A stretch of DNA of 64,000 nt from Takakia lepidozioides (taxonomy: Eukaryota > Plantae > Bryophyta): positions 12,090,001 through 12,154,000 of the forward strand of contig CM060731.1 in NCBI GenBank assembly GCA_030704615.1, written 5' to 3'. The notes below the pieces were generated by a model that had not been told where the DNA came from, did no database searches, and was given only the letters and a program-made list of their open reading frames with translations. Positions 1 through 13,100 of the stretch are shown in pieces (position 1 is the first letter of the stretch; each line of letters begins with the position of its first letter). A program made the position numbers and the translations under genes.

Positions 1-1891
1 ATATCGTGGTTACAGCTTCAGTAGGTCCTACAATATACGGCTCTGGTCCTAACCTTGGTGACATGTGTCTTTTCATCCACTTTTGGATGCAAAAGTGTCC
101 ATTACATTTTGCAATTGGAGCATTTAAGCTGCATTTTAAAGTTCCACCCACATTTGTTGCCACCATTCATCTCTCTAGTGGCCACATTCTTCATTGTTTG
201 TCACTTTTTTCATCCACTTCTCTATCTTCTCAAATAGTCTTCTCAAATCTATGTACAAGCCATTTCAAATACTAGACATTGGCATGATGCAAGCCCCCAC
301 CAAACCATTGCAATGCTTACATTTACTTGATATAGCATGAAAAACATTTATTGGTCCTGCCCTCAGGCAAAGACTACACAATGGTGTCTCCCTGCTTGTC
401 ATGGGATCAACTTTTCACAAGACCCAGGTTTCAGGGGACCAATATTGCTGGATGAATGGAATACATCAATTTTGATGTTGGATGAAATATATTACAGTAG
501 CTAGATGAAATATATTTACTTATGACAATTTGCACTTTTCGTAAAAGTTTAAAAGGACAGTATAGGCAATAGCAGTGGGTCATAGTAGTTACTCCCACCA
601 ACATATGAAATACTTACTCAGACAGACTCAAGGCTATAGAGTGGAACTGTATGGGTGAGATTGATCCGAAATTGACACGACCATAAGACTATAAGACTGA
701 CACCATTATTTGGAACAACAACCTTACTCTAAGATGATCAAGGGTAGGGCTTGCATGTCCTATGCATTTGTTATAACTGCATTACCGTCACATCCATTTT
801 TCTAGGTTGCACAAACTTCATTTTTATCACAGGCTCTATAGGAAGTTATCCTTTCTCATACATGAATTTCTCAAATTGTGGACATTTGGTTTGAACACTA
901 GACACTGACAAAAGCTATAGCATTGGACACGGGGTGGTTGGAAAATGGCTTCGTAGACCAGACCCCCCTTTGTAGATTTGGTACCATATCTCCATATTGC
1001 GGACGAGCCAAGCTTATCCACCGTAGGATTGGATGCCCCCCTTGATCCCACCTTCCCCCTTCATCCCAAAAACGAAAAACAAAATCCACTAGTGGATTAT
1101 AAACTTTGTAAACTAATAGTATAATATAATAGTAATTATTGTAGTTATTAATAGTGTAGTATTGGATCTTCATAGTAAACTAATCCATTATAATCCACTA
1201 TTGGATCATTGAGATTATAAAGTTCAATCTTGGACCACGGTTGAAATCAATGGAGCTTGTCTTCCTGAAATAATTGAGTGAAGCACATCTCCGCACAATT
1301 TCAGCTGAAAAGAAGCAGATTTGATGGGACCTGATCCTTTATACACAATGGGGATGGGTAGGTGAGCTATGAACCATTTTGCTGGCTATTCATATATTGC
1401 CATGCAATAGCCACCTTTGCTAAAAGCAAAAAACAATGCCCAACTATGGCACAATTGCCAAACTTCTCTCTATAGCCAAAATATAGATTTCTGGCTAAAG
1501 CCCTCTAACCCAATATAATTAGTGGCATAATTTGGGAAGCCATGATTTTGTGGCGGGAACGGTACTAGCATTAACTGAAGATTTAGGGCGAGCGCCATTT
1601 CAAGATAAACTAGTAAAAACTAATTGCCACATTGCCTTTCAGTGGAGGCCAAACTAGATAGTCAAGCATGTCCGTGCGCTTTGAATTACCTACACATCCC
1701 CAACTTCCTTCCAACCGTCAACTGGCAAGGGGCCTTATGGTTTGATCACACACATAGGTGCCATGGCGGGCCACGAGAAGATTAAGATAGACAAATTTGT
1801 GCCGTCAATCTACCTAGATAAATACTAACGGTGGGGAGTACAAAAAACAAGGTTAACACATTAGCAGTGAGGGAGGGATTAATAAAGCACA

Positions 1892-2909
1892 TCAATATAT
1901 GAAGCGAGGTAGTTTGTTGGCTCCTCTTTATTCTAAAGAAGAGACCACACATCCATGTCAAAGATTGCTAAATCCCATGTGTCTCTCTTATGCTGAAAAC
2001 TAATTCCATGATGGGCCTTCTCCACATAACACCTCCCTTTAGGTAACATTTTGTTATTGAACAACTTATGAAAAATAAATGGATGAATTTTCAAGTTTAG
2101 TATGGATGAAAATAGATTCCATTATTCACAAAAAGGAGCCATACGCGACTAGCCGCTTGTTTGTTTTGTTTTGTTTTGTAGCGTCGTTCAGATCTCCCAA
2201 ACCACGGCCCAGCCGTGGTGCTTGGTGCAGTTGGAAAGCCCTTGATCAGGAGGGGTGCACATGCTTGGTCTCATGGTTTTTTGGACCTGCCGTGTGGGAG
2301 ATATGGAATTTCAAGTACTTTTGGTCGATGGAAATTCATGAAAAATAGCAAAGTGGGCTTTCCTGGAGCAATGATTGGCCCTCCATTTGTCTTTTGTGTG
2401 ACAACCAAGTTGTAGCCCGGTGGTGATGGGCACATACCACCTTGGAAGTGGTGTCACAAAGGTGTCCTCCTTCCAACGGAAGGTAGTAACCCTTTGGGGT
2501 GAAGAGACACCATAATTTACGCTTCCTTTGGGAGGCATCAAATATTATTATTATGTCTTTTGTGCACGTGGACATAATGTAAATTGAACCTTTTTTAAAT
2601 GTTGGCGCTCACAATATTGGTTGTAGCGTAGCGTCGTTGAGATCTCCCAAACCGCGGGGCCTCCGGCCACGATTTTGGTACCGTTGGAGAGCCCTCGATG
2701 AGTAGGGGTGCGCACCGACTTGGTCTCATAATTTTTGGACCTGCGGTGTGGGAGAAATGGAATTTCAAGTACTTTTGGTCGTTGAAAATTTGTTAACTGG
2801 AACAATGACGTGGAGATCTCCCAAACTGCAAGGTCTCTCGATACATAAGGGATTGCACTTGGATTTAGATGACATTGGACAGTTGGGTCAAGGGCACAGG
2901 CTACCCTAG
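1892..2909 (+). mobile_element. Non-autonomous Helitron (family C) with internal filler segments
   Basis: 5' end A|TCAATATATGAAGCGAG. 3' end is an imperfect hairpin (TTGGGTCAAGGGCACAGG) followed by CTACCCTAG|T. No TSD. The internal module GAGATCTCCCAAACC..GTTGGAAAGCCCT..GGAATTTCAAGTACTTTTGG is repeated here and shared with 56960-58406 and 61537-63560. Confidence 0.72.
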
Positions 2910-4134
2910 TTAACATTTATAAATAGCACTTACACAGCATCCAATTCTTTTACGGAGCAGTTGGAGGCAAAATTCAATACCATAAATTGCATGTCTCCTG
3001 TCTCTCAAAGAAACTCCGATCTCAACTCTAGAAACGTCAAACATATATATACATACATATATATATAATTGTATTGTATTGGCTTCTAATCACATTAGTA
3101 CTAACTTATGATTACCTTTTGATCCTATGATTGGTTATGTTTTAAGATCTATCCTTATCTTAACCTAGCTAGAGCTTAATTCTGGAGCTTATCTCAAGCT
3201 ATATCTCATAGCCTTATATGGTGCACATAACATTTATTGAGGGCAAATCAATGAAGAGGGGACAAAGCATTTGTTCTTCCAGCTGGAAAAATTAAAAACA
3301 CTTACCATTGCTGGTCTGCACAAGTAGGGGAGTAAAATTTTCTTAGCATTTATGGTAATTTAACTTCTATAGAGATAACATTTTAGACTAACTCCAAGCT
3401 CAGATAACTTAATTTGTGTGGCCTGATTTGGTTTACAGCCAAGGCCGCTAGAGCAGATTGAATTGCACGTTGAGGCCCAAAATGGGTCCCATGGTCCTTT
3501 GGGGTTAAGAGGATGAGTGGAGACAACACACAACATGTTTGACATTCCACATTCTGTCGCACCTTTTAACTGATGAAATAACATTGGTTCTGGATTTTGC
3601 CACAGCTGTCATGCAGTCCATAAGTCTGGTACCCACCCACGTCGCAGGTCTTTCCTCAGGAGAGAGGTGTACCGATAGTGCGTGTAAAGAGGATTACAAG
3701 AGACCGTAGTCTGACTGTTCTTCATGATGTAGTGTTGGAAAGTACATGTTGCATTGAAACTGCGACAAATCATCAGAGTGGTGCACAATAATCCTGAGAA
3801 GAGATGCATCTTCCTGGTTAGTAAGGCCATATCTTTGGATGGTTGTGACACCCAGATGAGTGGTAGGGCATTTGCTCCCACGATAGCTCACTCCACTTTA
3901 GACTCAATTGCAGTCCCTGACCAAAGCAGAAGTCAGAGATTTACATTGGCTGTGTGCACACACAATCCAGCAGGGACAAGCTAGGGAAGAATTCCCAGAG
4001 ATTAGCAGGGGACTCTGGAGGATTCCAAACTCACCACCAACTGCAGCAAAGGTGTCTTTGGGCACACGGAATGTCTTCACTTGATCCTCCTGCTTTTGTG
4101 AATAGGAATAGAGTTAGACAATATCTGTCATGAC

Positions 4135-7100
4135 TCAGCTGAGTTCAGGATATGCCAAGGATACTATGCGCTTGAGAGACCTCAATGGAGCATCCAGAAA
4201 CTGATGGTCCTGGGAAGCTGCCACACACGCCAAAAGCCCACATCGTTTTGTAAGTAGAACCCCAACCTCACAAACAGACTGGCTGTGCCTTGGCCTCATG
4301 CTTTAGGGAGAGCTTACAAAGTTATAGGTGCTGGCCATAAACATGCTCCTTCAAATGAAGCACAACAGAGAGAAAGTGCCTCCAGTTGGGGTGGAGGGAG
4401 CAGAGTTGAGGGCCAGTACCCTCAAGGCTGTCTCTTCTGCTGGTGTTGGTGACTTGCACACTGTACGAAGATTCACTCTCGACCAATGGGCCTATGTAGG
4501 AGAGAAATGAAATGAGATGGTGCTTCATAACGTCCGCGCAAAGCTCATAGAGAGAAAGAGAAAGAAAGAAAAGAGGAAGAAGGTTTTTATCCCTGTAGGG
4601 GCCAAAAGGGCCATGGGACACAAGTAGTGAGAGAGGGACAGAAAGAGAGAAAGTTTATAACATCTGTGGGGAAGCTCAACTTTCAGAAGAGAAACATACC
4701 CAATAGCAGAGCTCGGTAGTCCTTGGCAAAATCATCTGTACGGAGAGGGTGAGGAGCAAGGCCGCATGTGCGACACACACACACCTCCAGGTACAGGGCT
4801 TTCTCCAGGATGCCCAGCAGCAGCCGACAAACCTCTTGGACCACATCATCTCCCACCCTCCCCAGCCTGCACACCTCTGCTACCACGGCACCCGCTTGAT
4901 CCTACAACAGCATACCCTCCCCTTCAATCAGCACAATTATTGACCATTTTGTCCTGCAGAAAACCATGCTAGACAAAATGTACTTCTATGAGCATCTTAC
5001 TCAAGCTACCAGATGTACCTGCAAGCTATGAAGAACCTCCGGGGCAGGAAGCTCTGGAAAGTGGGCATAGTTGGGGGACCCTCCATCTTCAACCCTTTCA
5101 ACTGCATGCTGGGCTTGTTTGCAAATAAATTTGAGCAAAAGAAGAACCAATCTGTACACATTGATGGCAACCAAATCCGAGTATTCAGTGCATGAAAGCC
5201 CCCCACTACTGCCTCCAGAGCCCCCACTGGTAGTCACCACTAAAGAGGATGATGTGGGGGAACCAGTCCTGATTGGTGAAGTGCTGGTTGATTGAGGGGG
5301 ACTTAGGGATGAGGACAAGGCAGAGCTAGCAGCTCTGTTATCCTCCCCTACACTGCAGCCTCTTGCACAGACAGCAAACCACCCGAAGTTACTTCCCATG
5401 ATGGATGGCCGTCGGTGCACAGCCATCTCTTCCTTTTGTAGCGGTTGACAGAGAATGCCTACATGGTGGCTGTGATATATGCCTGGACGAACCAGGCCTT
5501 CTCTTGAAATGTAGGCCAGCAGGTGCAAGCTCATTTCTCCGAATTCCGAGATGGAATCTGGTAATGCACGTATCCAGCTCTGTTGATGTCGTGCCAGCTC
5601 ATTCAACAGGGCAACCACGTGCTGAGTTTCCTGCACACAGACATAAAATAAAATGTACATTGTTTACCGTAGACTTGAGGCCATAGGCCCTGCACCACAT
5701 TAGGTGGAACAGAATATGTAGTAAAATAGTAATACAGTAAGGAAGGTATTGACCTTGGGAAAAAGACAGAGTGTGCTACTAAAGGACTTAAAAGCTCACG
5801 ACTACTGAATGATACAAAGGTGGCAAATCATGGTACAAGTAATGCTGGAGTCTGATGAAATATAGGTCCCATCGTTGCCTTCACAACAATGCCTGTGCAA
5901 TCATGTGGGGTTCCCGAGGGTCTGCAGCAACACTAGTGATTGAGCACTGTTTAACAGTTGAGCAGCTTACTGGTACTGCAAATTGCCTGCCTAGTGAAGT
6001 AATCGTGCAACTCAAACAGTCCTATCTTACCTGCAAACTTGAAATAGAGGTCCGAAGCAGCTGGAGCTTTGCCTTTTTTCTTCCTTGGTGATCTAGACCC
6101 AGGATGGGGGCCTGTAAGGCACACAGCATGCGCTCTTTTACAGCTCCCACATAAGTCAATGCACTTTCCACCATTGCACCACCCAAATCTTTCTCCCCAC
6201 ATGTGCGAATTAGCGCAGTAGTTACAGCCATCTGCAGTGCCCATAGCCTCCCTTCCTGCTGTTGCTCCCGCTTTTGCCACACACTAAAGGGCCCTTCCAT
6301 ATGCCCAGATATGACTCTGTTTTCCTCCTGCCAGCATTACACATTGTAAACGTAATCAAACAGTCAATAAAACATGTTTCCAATTGTGAAAGCCTGATAA
6401 AACAGGTAGAGGCGCTGGGTATGGAAGGTGGCCGCAATGCTGGGCTAATATGATACCTCATATAATGCCTACTCCAATAAGTCATGACAGGAATAATGTG
6501 CTGGAATCTGTGTTTTCAAATGCTAGCCCATTATGTGATGGGTTGTATGTCACTACCTGCAAATGTTTGCTCAACATGAGCAAGTGAGAGAAGAAACCAG
6601 CGGTCTGCAACATCTCAGCACCCCCTCTCACGTGTGCCAAAGACAAAGAAAGACTGAATGCCACTTTCGAAGATTCAGGACTAGAATCTGAGTGCATCCT
6701 TGCAAGCAGGAAACAGGTCGGAAAATGGGTTTGCAAAACAGGAAGCCATGTGGAGGGTGCGAGAAACCCTTTTATCAATAAGTCAATTGCTGCAAAAGCA
6801 AGATCAGCATATGCTGCATGCTCCACAGCACTACAAAGAAGGGGGAGTAATCCAAGACCCACAAGCGCCACATCAGTAAAGGCATCAGCCATTGCTTGGC
6901 CAAGCGCTCTGTTGGGCCCTTCATGATGCATAAGGCCCCTTCCATTCTGTGAGTACATAAGCTCCAGTGAGATCAGCAGTGAACCCATCAGCCCCTTTAC
7001 TAATGCTTCCCCTTGTTGCATGAAAAACCCATGGGCATCCAAAAGCGGTCTCAGGCAACCGACTATAGTCCTCACAATCTTAGCACAAACTGCCCACAGA

Positions 7101-10100
7101 CGGAGCCTCTCAGGAGAACGAGGTGTCACACGGTTGCATAACCAGCGGGAAAAAATTAGCAGCAAGTGGGCTTGCATGGTCATGAAACTTGGCATGAGGT
7201 TTGTAACATCTCCAAGTGGCCCCATTACCACCATGGCTGCTTCCAAGGCCTCGCAGAGTTCCTCAATGCATTCATCCACATCCACATCTGTCCAGTGAAG
7301 GTCAGAAGATGCCGGGTCACCTCTAGCCTGCATCCAATAAACCTACTATTCATCAATGGACAAGAGAGGACAAAGAAGACAACACTTATCAACAAGCGTG
7401 AGATTTAAAAGGCTGTCAAATGGCTAGAACAAAGGCTAAACTATACAGATGGAAGTTGCTGTTAAGGTCACACATATTAAAGTCTACTGCAAAGAGTATC
7501 ATGGGTACCTACCCCTTGCTTATCAAAGATGGAAACTGTGAGCAATGCTGACCAAGCCCTTAGGGAAGAAATCTGTGAGTGTCCCAAGCTGGCCATCCCG
7601 TTGGCACGCCGCATGCATTGGAGGGTGCTTTCAACCACAGAGACTGGTAGGGTTTTGAGATCTGTCTGCGGCCAGCACTCAACTCCTAACTCTTTCCCTA
7701 GAGCCACAGTGTCATATACAAAGCCATCTTCATAGGCAGGATGAAGTCCATCCAGTGGACACAGTTTCCTGCCTGGGTCCAACACCAGGTCCACTTCTTT
7801 GCTGAGCAGGTAATCTGCTACCTGTTGGAAAGGCCCACTCGGCACTGGCCTCCCACCCTCTAGCTCCCCTCGCAAGTGGTGGTAGAGGTCACTAATAAGC
7901 ATAATTTGTAGGTGCTTCCCATGACTGCAACACAGAGTGGGGATTAGCGAAGACCAACACTTGCCGCAAGTTGTGAAGTATACTTTTAGTCTGGAACTCA
8001 GGTCCAGATACCATCCACAAGGCTGGCAGGGTTCTTTGAGCGACCGAGCTTTTAGGCTCCTAGATACTCGGTGGTCTTGCCCACTCAGATGGCTGGCCAC
8101 TCCTGTTGACTTCCATGGGTAGTAGCAACATGAAACTGGACAGTCACAAGGAGATTCAGTGGTAAGATCTCTAGACATGCAAATTGTTCGCAACATCAAG
8201 CCAAATCTGGACTTTTTGTCACTCTCAGTACATGCAAGCCTTCATTCCTATTCCTTTTTGGTCTTAGCTTCACAGAACCAAGATCCTGGGCCAGTTCAAA
8301 TTACACCACGAAAGCTACGCCTGGTCACCAATTCTGAATTCCCAACAATTTGGTACAAACGTGTACCTGTAACCTCGAGCAGTGTACTGCTGCAAGAGTT
8401 CTTCAAAGGATGGATGTTGCAAGAGCTGTAGCACCCACAGCAAGGACCAAAACAGATATTAGTAGAATTGGCATGAAATGGAATGTCTGCAGAAAGCTCA
8501 TGGTGCTAATGGGATAAGAATGTACTCATAAGACGTTGTTTGCCTTAACATTGTGGCCATTGACCCTGCGCTCAGTTTGAGCGGAACACAAAGGGACAGA
8601 AACTACCTTTGTCAGGGGCTGACGTAGTATGACTTACCTTGGAACAGACAATTGACCCGAGTTTTCCCGATATCCTCTAGAAATCCCTTTACCCAAGCAT
8701 CAATCTGTGCTGTGTGGTATGCCCAATACACTGGGCCCCAAAAGGGCCTGGGGTTTTGGCTCAGCCTCGAGACTTACGGGATAAGAGAAAGTAGGAAACA
8801 AGAAATGAAATGAAATGGTGCTTTATAACGTCCGCGGAAAGCTCATAGAGCTTATGGGACAAAATGGAAGAAAACATGAGAGAGGAAACAAAACCAGAGC
8901 CAAAAATAAAAACTATTGCATCCACTGATTGTCCTGAGATGAAGGACATTTAGAATATATTCATGAATTACATGCACTGAAAGGGACTGAAGGGCCAATG
9001 CTAGAGACGTGATCAGGAGCATGCCTGCACAGTAGCCTGTTGTACCCGCCCAGACAGGGTGGTGCTCAGCCCCCTATCATCACCAGCCAGTATCTTTCCC
9101 ATAAGGCCCACAACTAGAACCCGTGCCTCAGCCTGCATACAATAACGTCCAACCCATGAAAAGTGGAGGCATGCGTCTGCTACTCAACTGAACTGGAAGT
9201 GCGAGTATGTGCTTGAGAAGAGAGAGATAAGCATCTTAGAAGTTGCTGGGTGGCTGTGTATCCCTCATTTGGATGGAGCAGGAAGCGCCTGTTTACTACA
9301 GCACCAAGAGAAAGACAGAAGAATTTTGATACATCCACAGGAAGCCCAGAAGGTCCATGTAATACGGGAAAAACCAAGAATAAGATCAAACCCCAACATT
9401 GCATGAAGAAAGACTGCCTCATGAAGGTAAGTACTGGGACAGAAGAAGTAATTGATTAGGTTGAGGTCTGGTCTGGGGGCCCATGGGACAGCGAGCGAGA
9501 AATGGGGCAAGGCGAAGAGTTGAAGAAACAGAGAGGAGGAAAGGGAAGAGAGTGATGAGGACAGAGAAGGTACCTTTGCTCTAAGAAGCACTTCTTTGTT
9601 GTATAAACAAAAAGCATAGCTCATGAGGATACTGCTGGTCCGTGAAAGCCGAGCCCACTCTCCCACAAGTTGCAAAGCACCTGACCCTTTGGTAGGAGAC
9701 AAGAGCCTTAAATCACTTGCACCACCCGATTGGCCTGAAGTTGCACCAGCTCCATTGATTGCATTCACACTGGACTGGGAAGTATTGTAGCCTGTGGAGT
9801 TACTGCTTGCAGGGTAAAGGAGATATTTTTGCAAGAAAATGTCACAAGCCATGATCGAAAGAATAGAAGCTTCACACCGATATCTGAAGGCATTTGTCAG
9901 CATCTCCTGCTTGCTAAGGTCCGATACAAAGCCCACCAAGGCTGAGAGAAGGGTTGGTATGGGTGTGGAAGCCAATCCCTTGCTGAAAGAGAGGCCCGAA
10001 GCAAGAGTTTTCCAAAAATTGGGACGGTTCCGGAGCCACTCTATTACACGAAGATACTCGATGCCACCTTGCCACAACGATGCGAGCAGGAGGAGGGTCT

Positions 10101-13100
10101 TGGACAACACATTTGGGTGGCTGCAAAAACATGTCAGACAGCTCATATTCAGGATCCTTGTGCTGCCCAGACAAAGTCAAGAGAAACTACCTCCAATTTC
10201 CAATCCACCAAAAGGAATGTTAGAAAGCTTTTCTATTTCCTTCCTACTGGCATTTCAGCTGGTTAAAACCGAAAATGGAGAAGAGGGCCTCCACACAGGC
10301 GATGCACTTCTTTCCGTCAATACTTTTAAGGCTTTGGCAGTCACCTTCCCCTTTCCTTCTGTAACAACAGTGGATGAGAGGAGGGCAGATCGGCGCTCGC
10401 CCTGAGGTCCTGTCTGGAGTTCAAGGTTCCACATTCACAAGCTATATCTTTGCTCTGGTGAAAGAGCCTTGAGGAAGAGAAAAACATAGAACTGGGGTGT
10501 TTTGCCCTTCCTCCCAAATTAAGAAATGGAGAAACAAATGAAATGACATGTACTTCATACATCCGCAGATAGCTCAAAGAGCTTATGGGACAAGAGGAAG
10601 CAAGAAACAAGAAAGAGATTGTACTCATAAGACGTTGTTTGCCGTAGCCTTGTGGCCATTGACCCCGCGCCCAGTTTGAGCGGGAACAAAAGGGACAGAA
10701 CCTACCTCTGTCAGGGGCTGACGTTGGTAGTAAGACTTACCTCCATATAAAGAATTAATCCGGGTTTTCCAGATATCCTCTAGAAATCCCTTCACACAAG
10801 CATCAATCTGCTGTGTGTGATTTGCCCAAAAACTAGGCCTCAGGAGGGCCTGGGCTTTTGGCTCAGCCTCGAGACTTTCAAAGTTGGTAAACAGGGGTAC
10901 AGGCACAATTCCCTTAATAGATTTGAAGAGAGCGTCTCTTTGGTGAGAGAACCCCGGACAGTGTATCAGAAAATGAATACTGTCTTCAGATTGCCCACAC
11001 AACGGGCAATTGCACTCTCCCTTTCCTCTCTGCTTCTGTTTGCTGTTCAAAGGTAGGCTTCCTGCCCTGAGTTTAAATTTCAGTCTAGTGCCGAGAGTGG
11101 GTAGACCCTTGAGGTCATCCAAGATGTCCTCCCCCACTTCACAGACTGGAAACAAGTTCAGGGAAGTTTTCTGCCTAACTTCATTTTCATCAGACAATCT
11201 CATGGCAACAGACATGGCTGAGGACACTACAGCCTCTAAGTCAGATTTATCCAGCAGGGTCACGACTTGCGGATCCAGGTCCAGGTCCTTGAGGATCTCT
11301 TCTACTCTCTTCTGCCAGGACTTAGCCTGTTTGACAGGGCGGTCCTGTTTCCAAGATATAGAGTCGATTAACTTAGGATATCTGGTGTTGGGCATGTGTT
11401 GCAGCTGACCCCACCATCTGACCTTGAATTCATCTCGTCGGGAGCTTAAGGACGGAATGCCAAACTCACCCCGAACAGCCACATTGGCTGTTTTGGAGCA
11501 TGCTGACATACACTCCTTAAGCACCCCCACTTGAATGGATTCTAGAGACTTAGCCTGGTTGGAGTTATCAACCCATATAGCAGATCCGTACTCCAAGGCA
11601 GGTCTAATAACGCGACAAAGCATGGTTTTCTTGACCTCGGAATTGACCCCTCTGCAGTGGAAAAATTTAGTGAGCCCCAGAGCTTTGCCCTTGCCAGTTT
11701 GAACAACTTTCCGGATATGTGCATCCCAATTACAATTGGAGGAGAACTCAACGCCCAGGTAAGTGTAGGAAGGGAGGACCGGGATCTCTTGGCTACCCCA
11801 CTGCCACTTAAGATCACTTCCTCCCTCTCCTCTGTCGTTGAATGCTACCACTGCACATTTGCTGACATTAGCCTCTAGCCCCCAAAGATCAAAGAATCTC
11901 TTCGCGCAATCAATCAACTCCTGGAGATTGGTTGGAGTCTCCCCTATGCCTGCGAAGTCATCCGCAAACATAAGGGCTGGTATGGTGGTATCACCCACCC
12001 TTAACCCAAATCCCTCACTTTCCACATCCTCGAGGAGTTGATTGATGAAAACATTGAAGAGCAGAGGGGAGAGAGTACATCCTTGAGCTACACCTTGGTC
12101 TATGTCAAAGAAGTTGGACTTCTGTCCGTTAACAGTGACACAGCTTTTGGTGTGAGCATACAAGTTGTGGACAACTCTCCACATCTTTCCCTTGATCCCA
12201 CAAGACCAGAGGCGGAACCATAGGCCATCTCTCCACACTGTGTCATAAGCCTTTTTGACATCCAGGAAAAAGACATAAGTGGGTTTCCCTTCTTTTTTCC
12301 TTCCCTGGATAATCTGGCTTAGAGTGAAGATATGATCCACACAGCCCCTGTTTCGCCGAAAGCCAGCTTGGCCTTCGTGGAAACAACCTCTAGACTCCAG
12401 ATCAACCTCGAGACGAGTACTTATAACTCTGCAGAATGTCTTGCCAACAGCATTGAGGAGCGTGATGCCACGGTAGTTCCCCGGTTCTTCTCTGTCACCC
12501 TTCTTGTATAGATTGACAATGACCCCCTGTCGCCAGCGAAAGGGGATCATTTCAGTCTTCCAGATAAGGTTAAAGAGGAGAACTAGGGCCTCTATCATGG
12601 GATCGCCACCGTGCTTGATAAGCTCGTTGACAATACCATCAGGTCCACCAGCTTTATATCCATTTAAATGTTCAATTGCTTCCACAATCTCAGAAGAACT
12701 AATGGGAGCATTAAAGCCATTGAAATATACTCCAGTTCATCAGGGCTGTTTTGAATCATAGGAACAGTTTTTCCAACTGTGTCCCTCCATTCAGCAGAAG
12801 ACCCCTCACTGTTAAACCTTGAAGTTCTGCCAAGGATACTGTAGTGAGTTTCAAAGGTTTTGACAATGTCAATTGATGAAGTCACCACTGCACCTTTAGT
12901 AGTCTTCAGCGCTTGTACTTGCTGACCGTTTTTCGGTTTGTACAAACGTTGAAGGGCCAACCAGAATTTCTTGTCATTACCACCATGGTGGTTTGAGTTT
13001 ATTTCACTGTATAACTTGTCCCAGTATAATTTCTTCTGAGACCTAACAAGCTGATTGATATCTTTACGGAGCTGGTAGTACCTCGCCCACAATTCTCTGT

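Noticed and set aside
10270-10460. Additional NUP188 exon
   Set aside because: The flanking exons (16633 and 10120) already join in phase, and no convincing splice pair was found.
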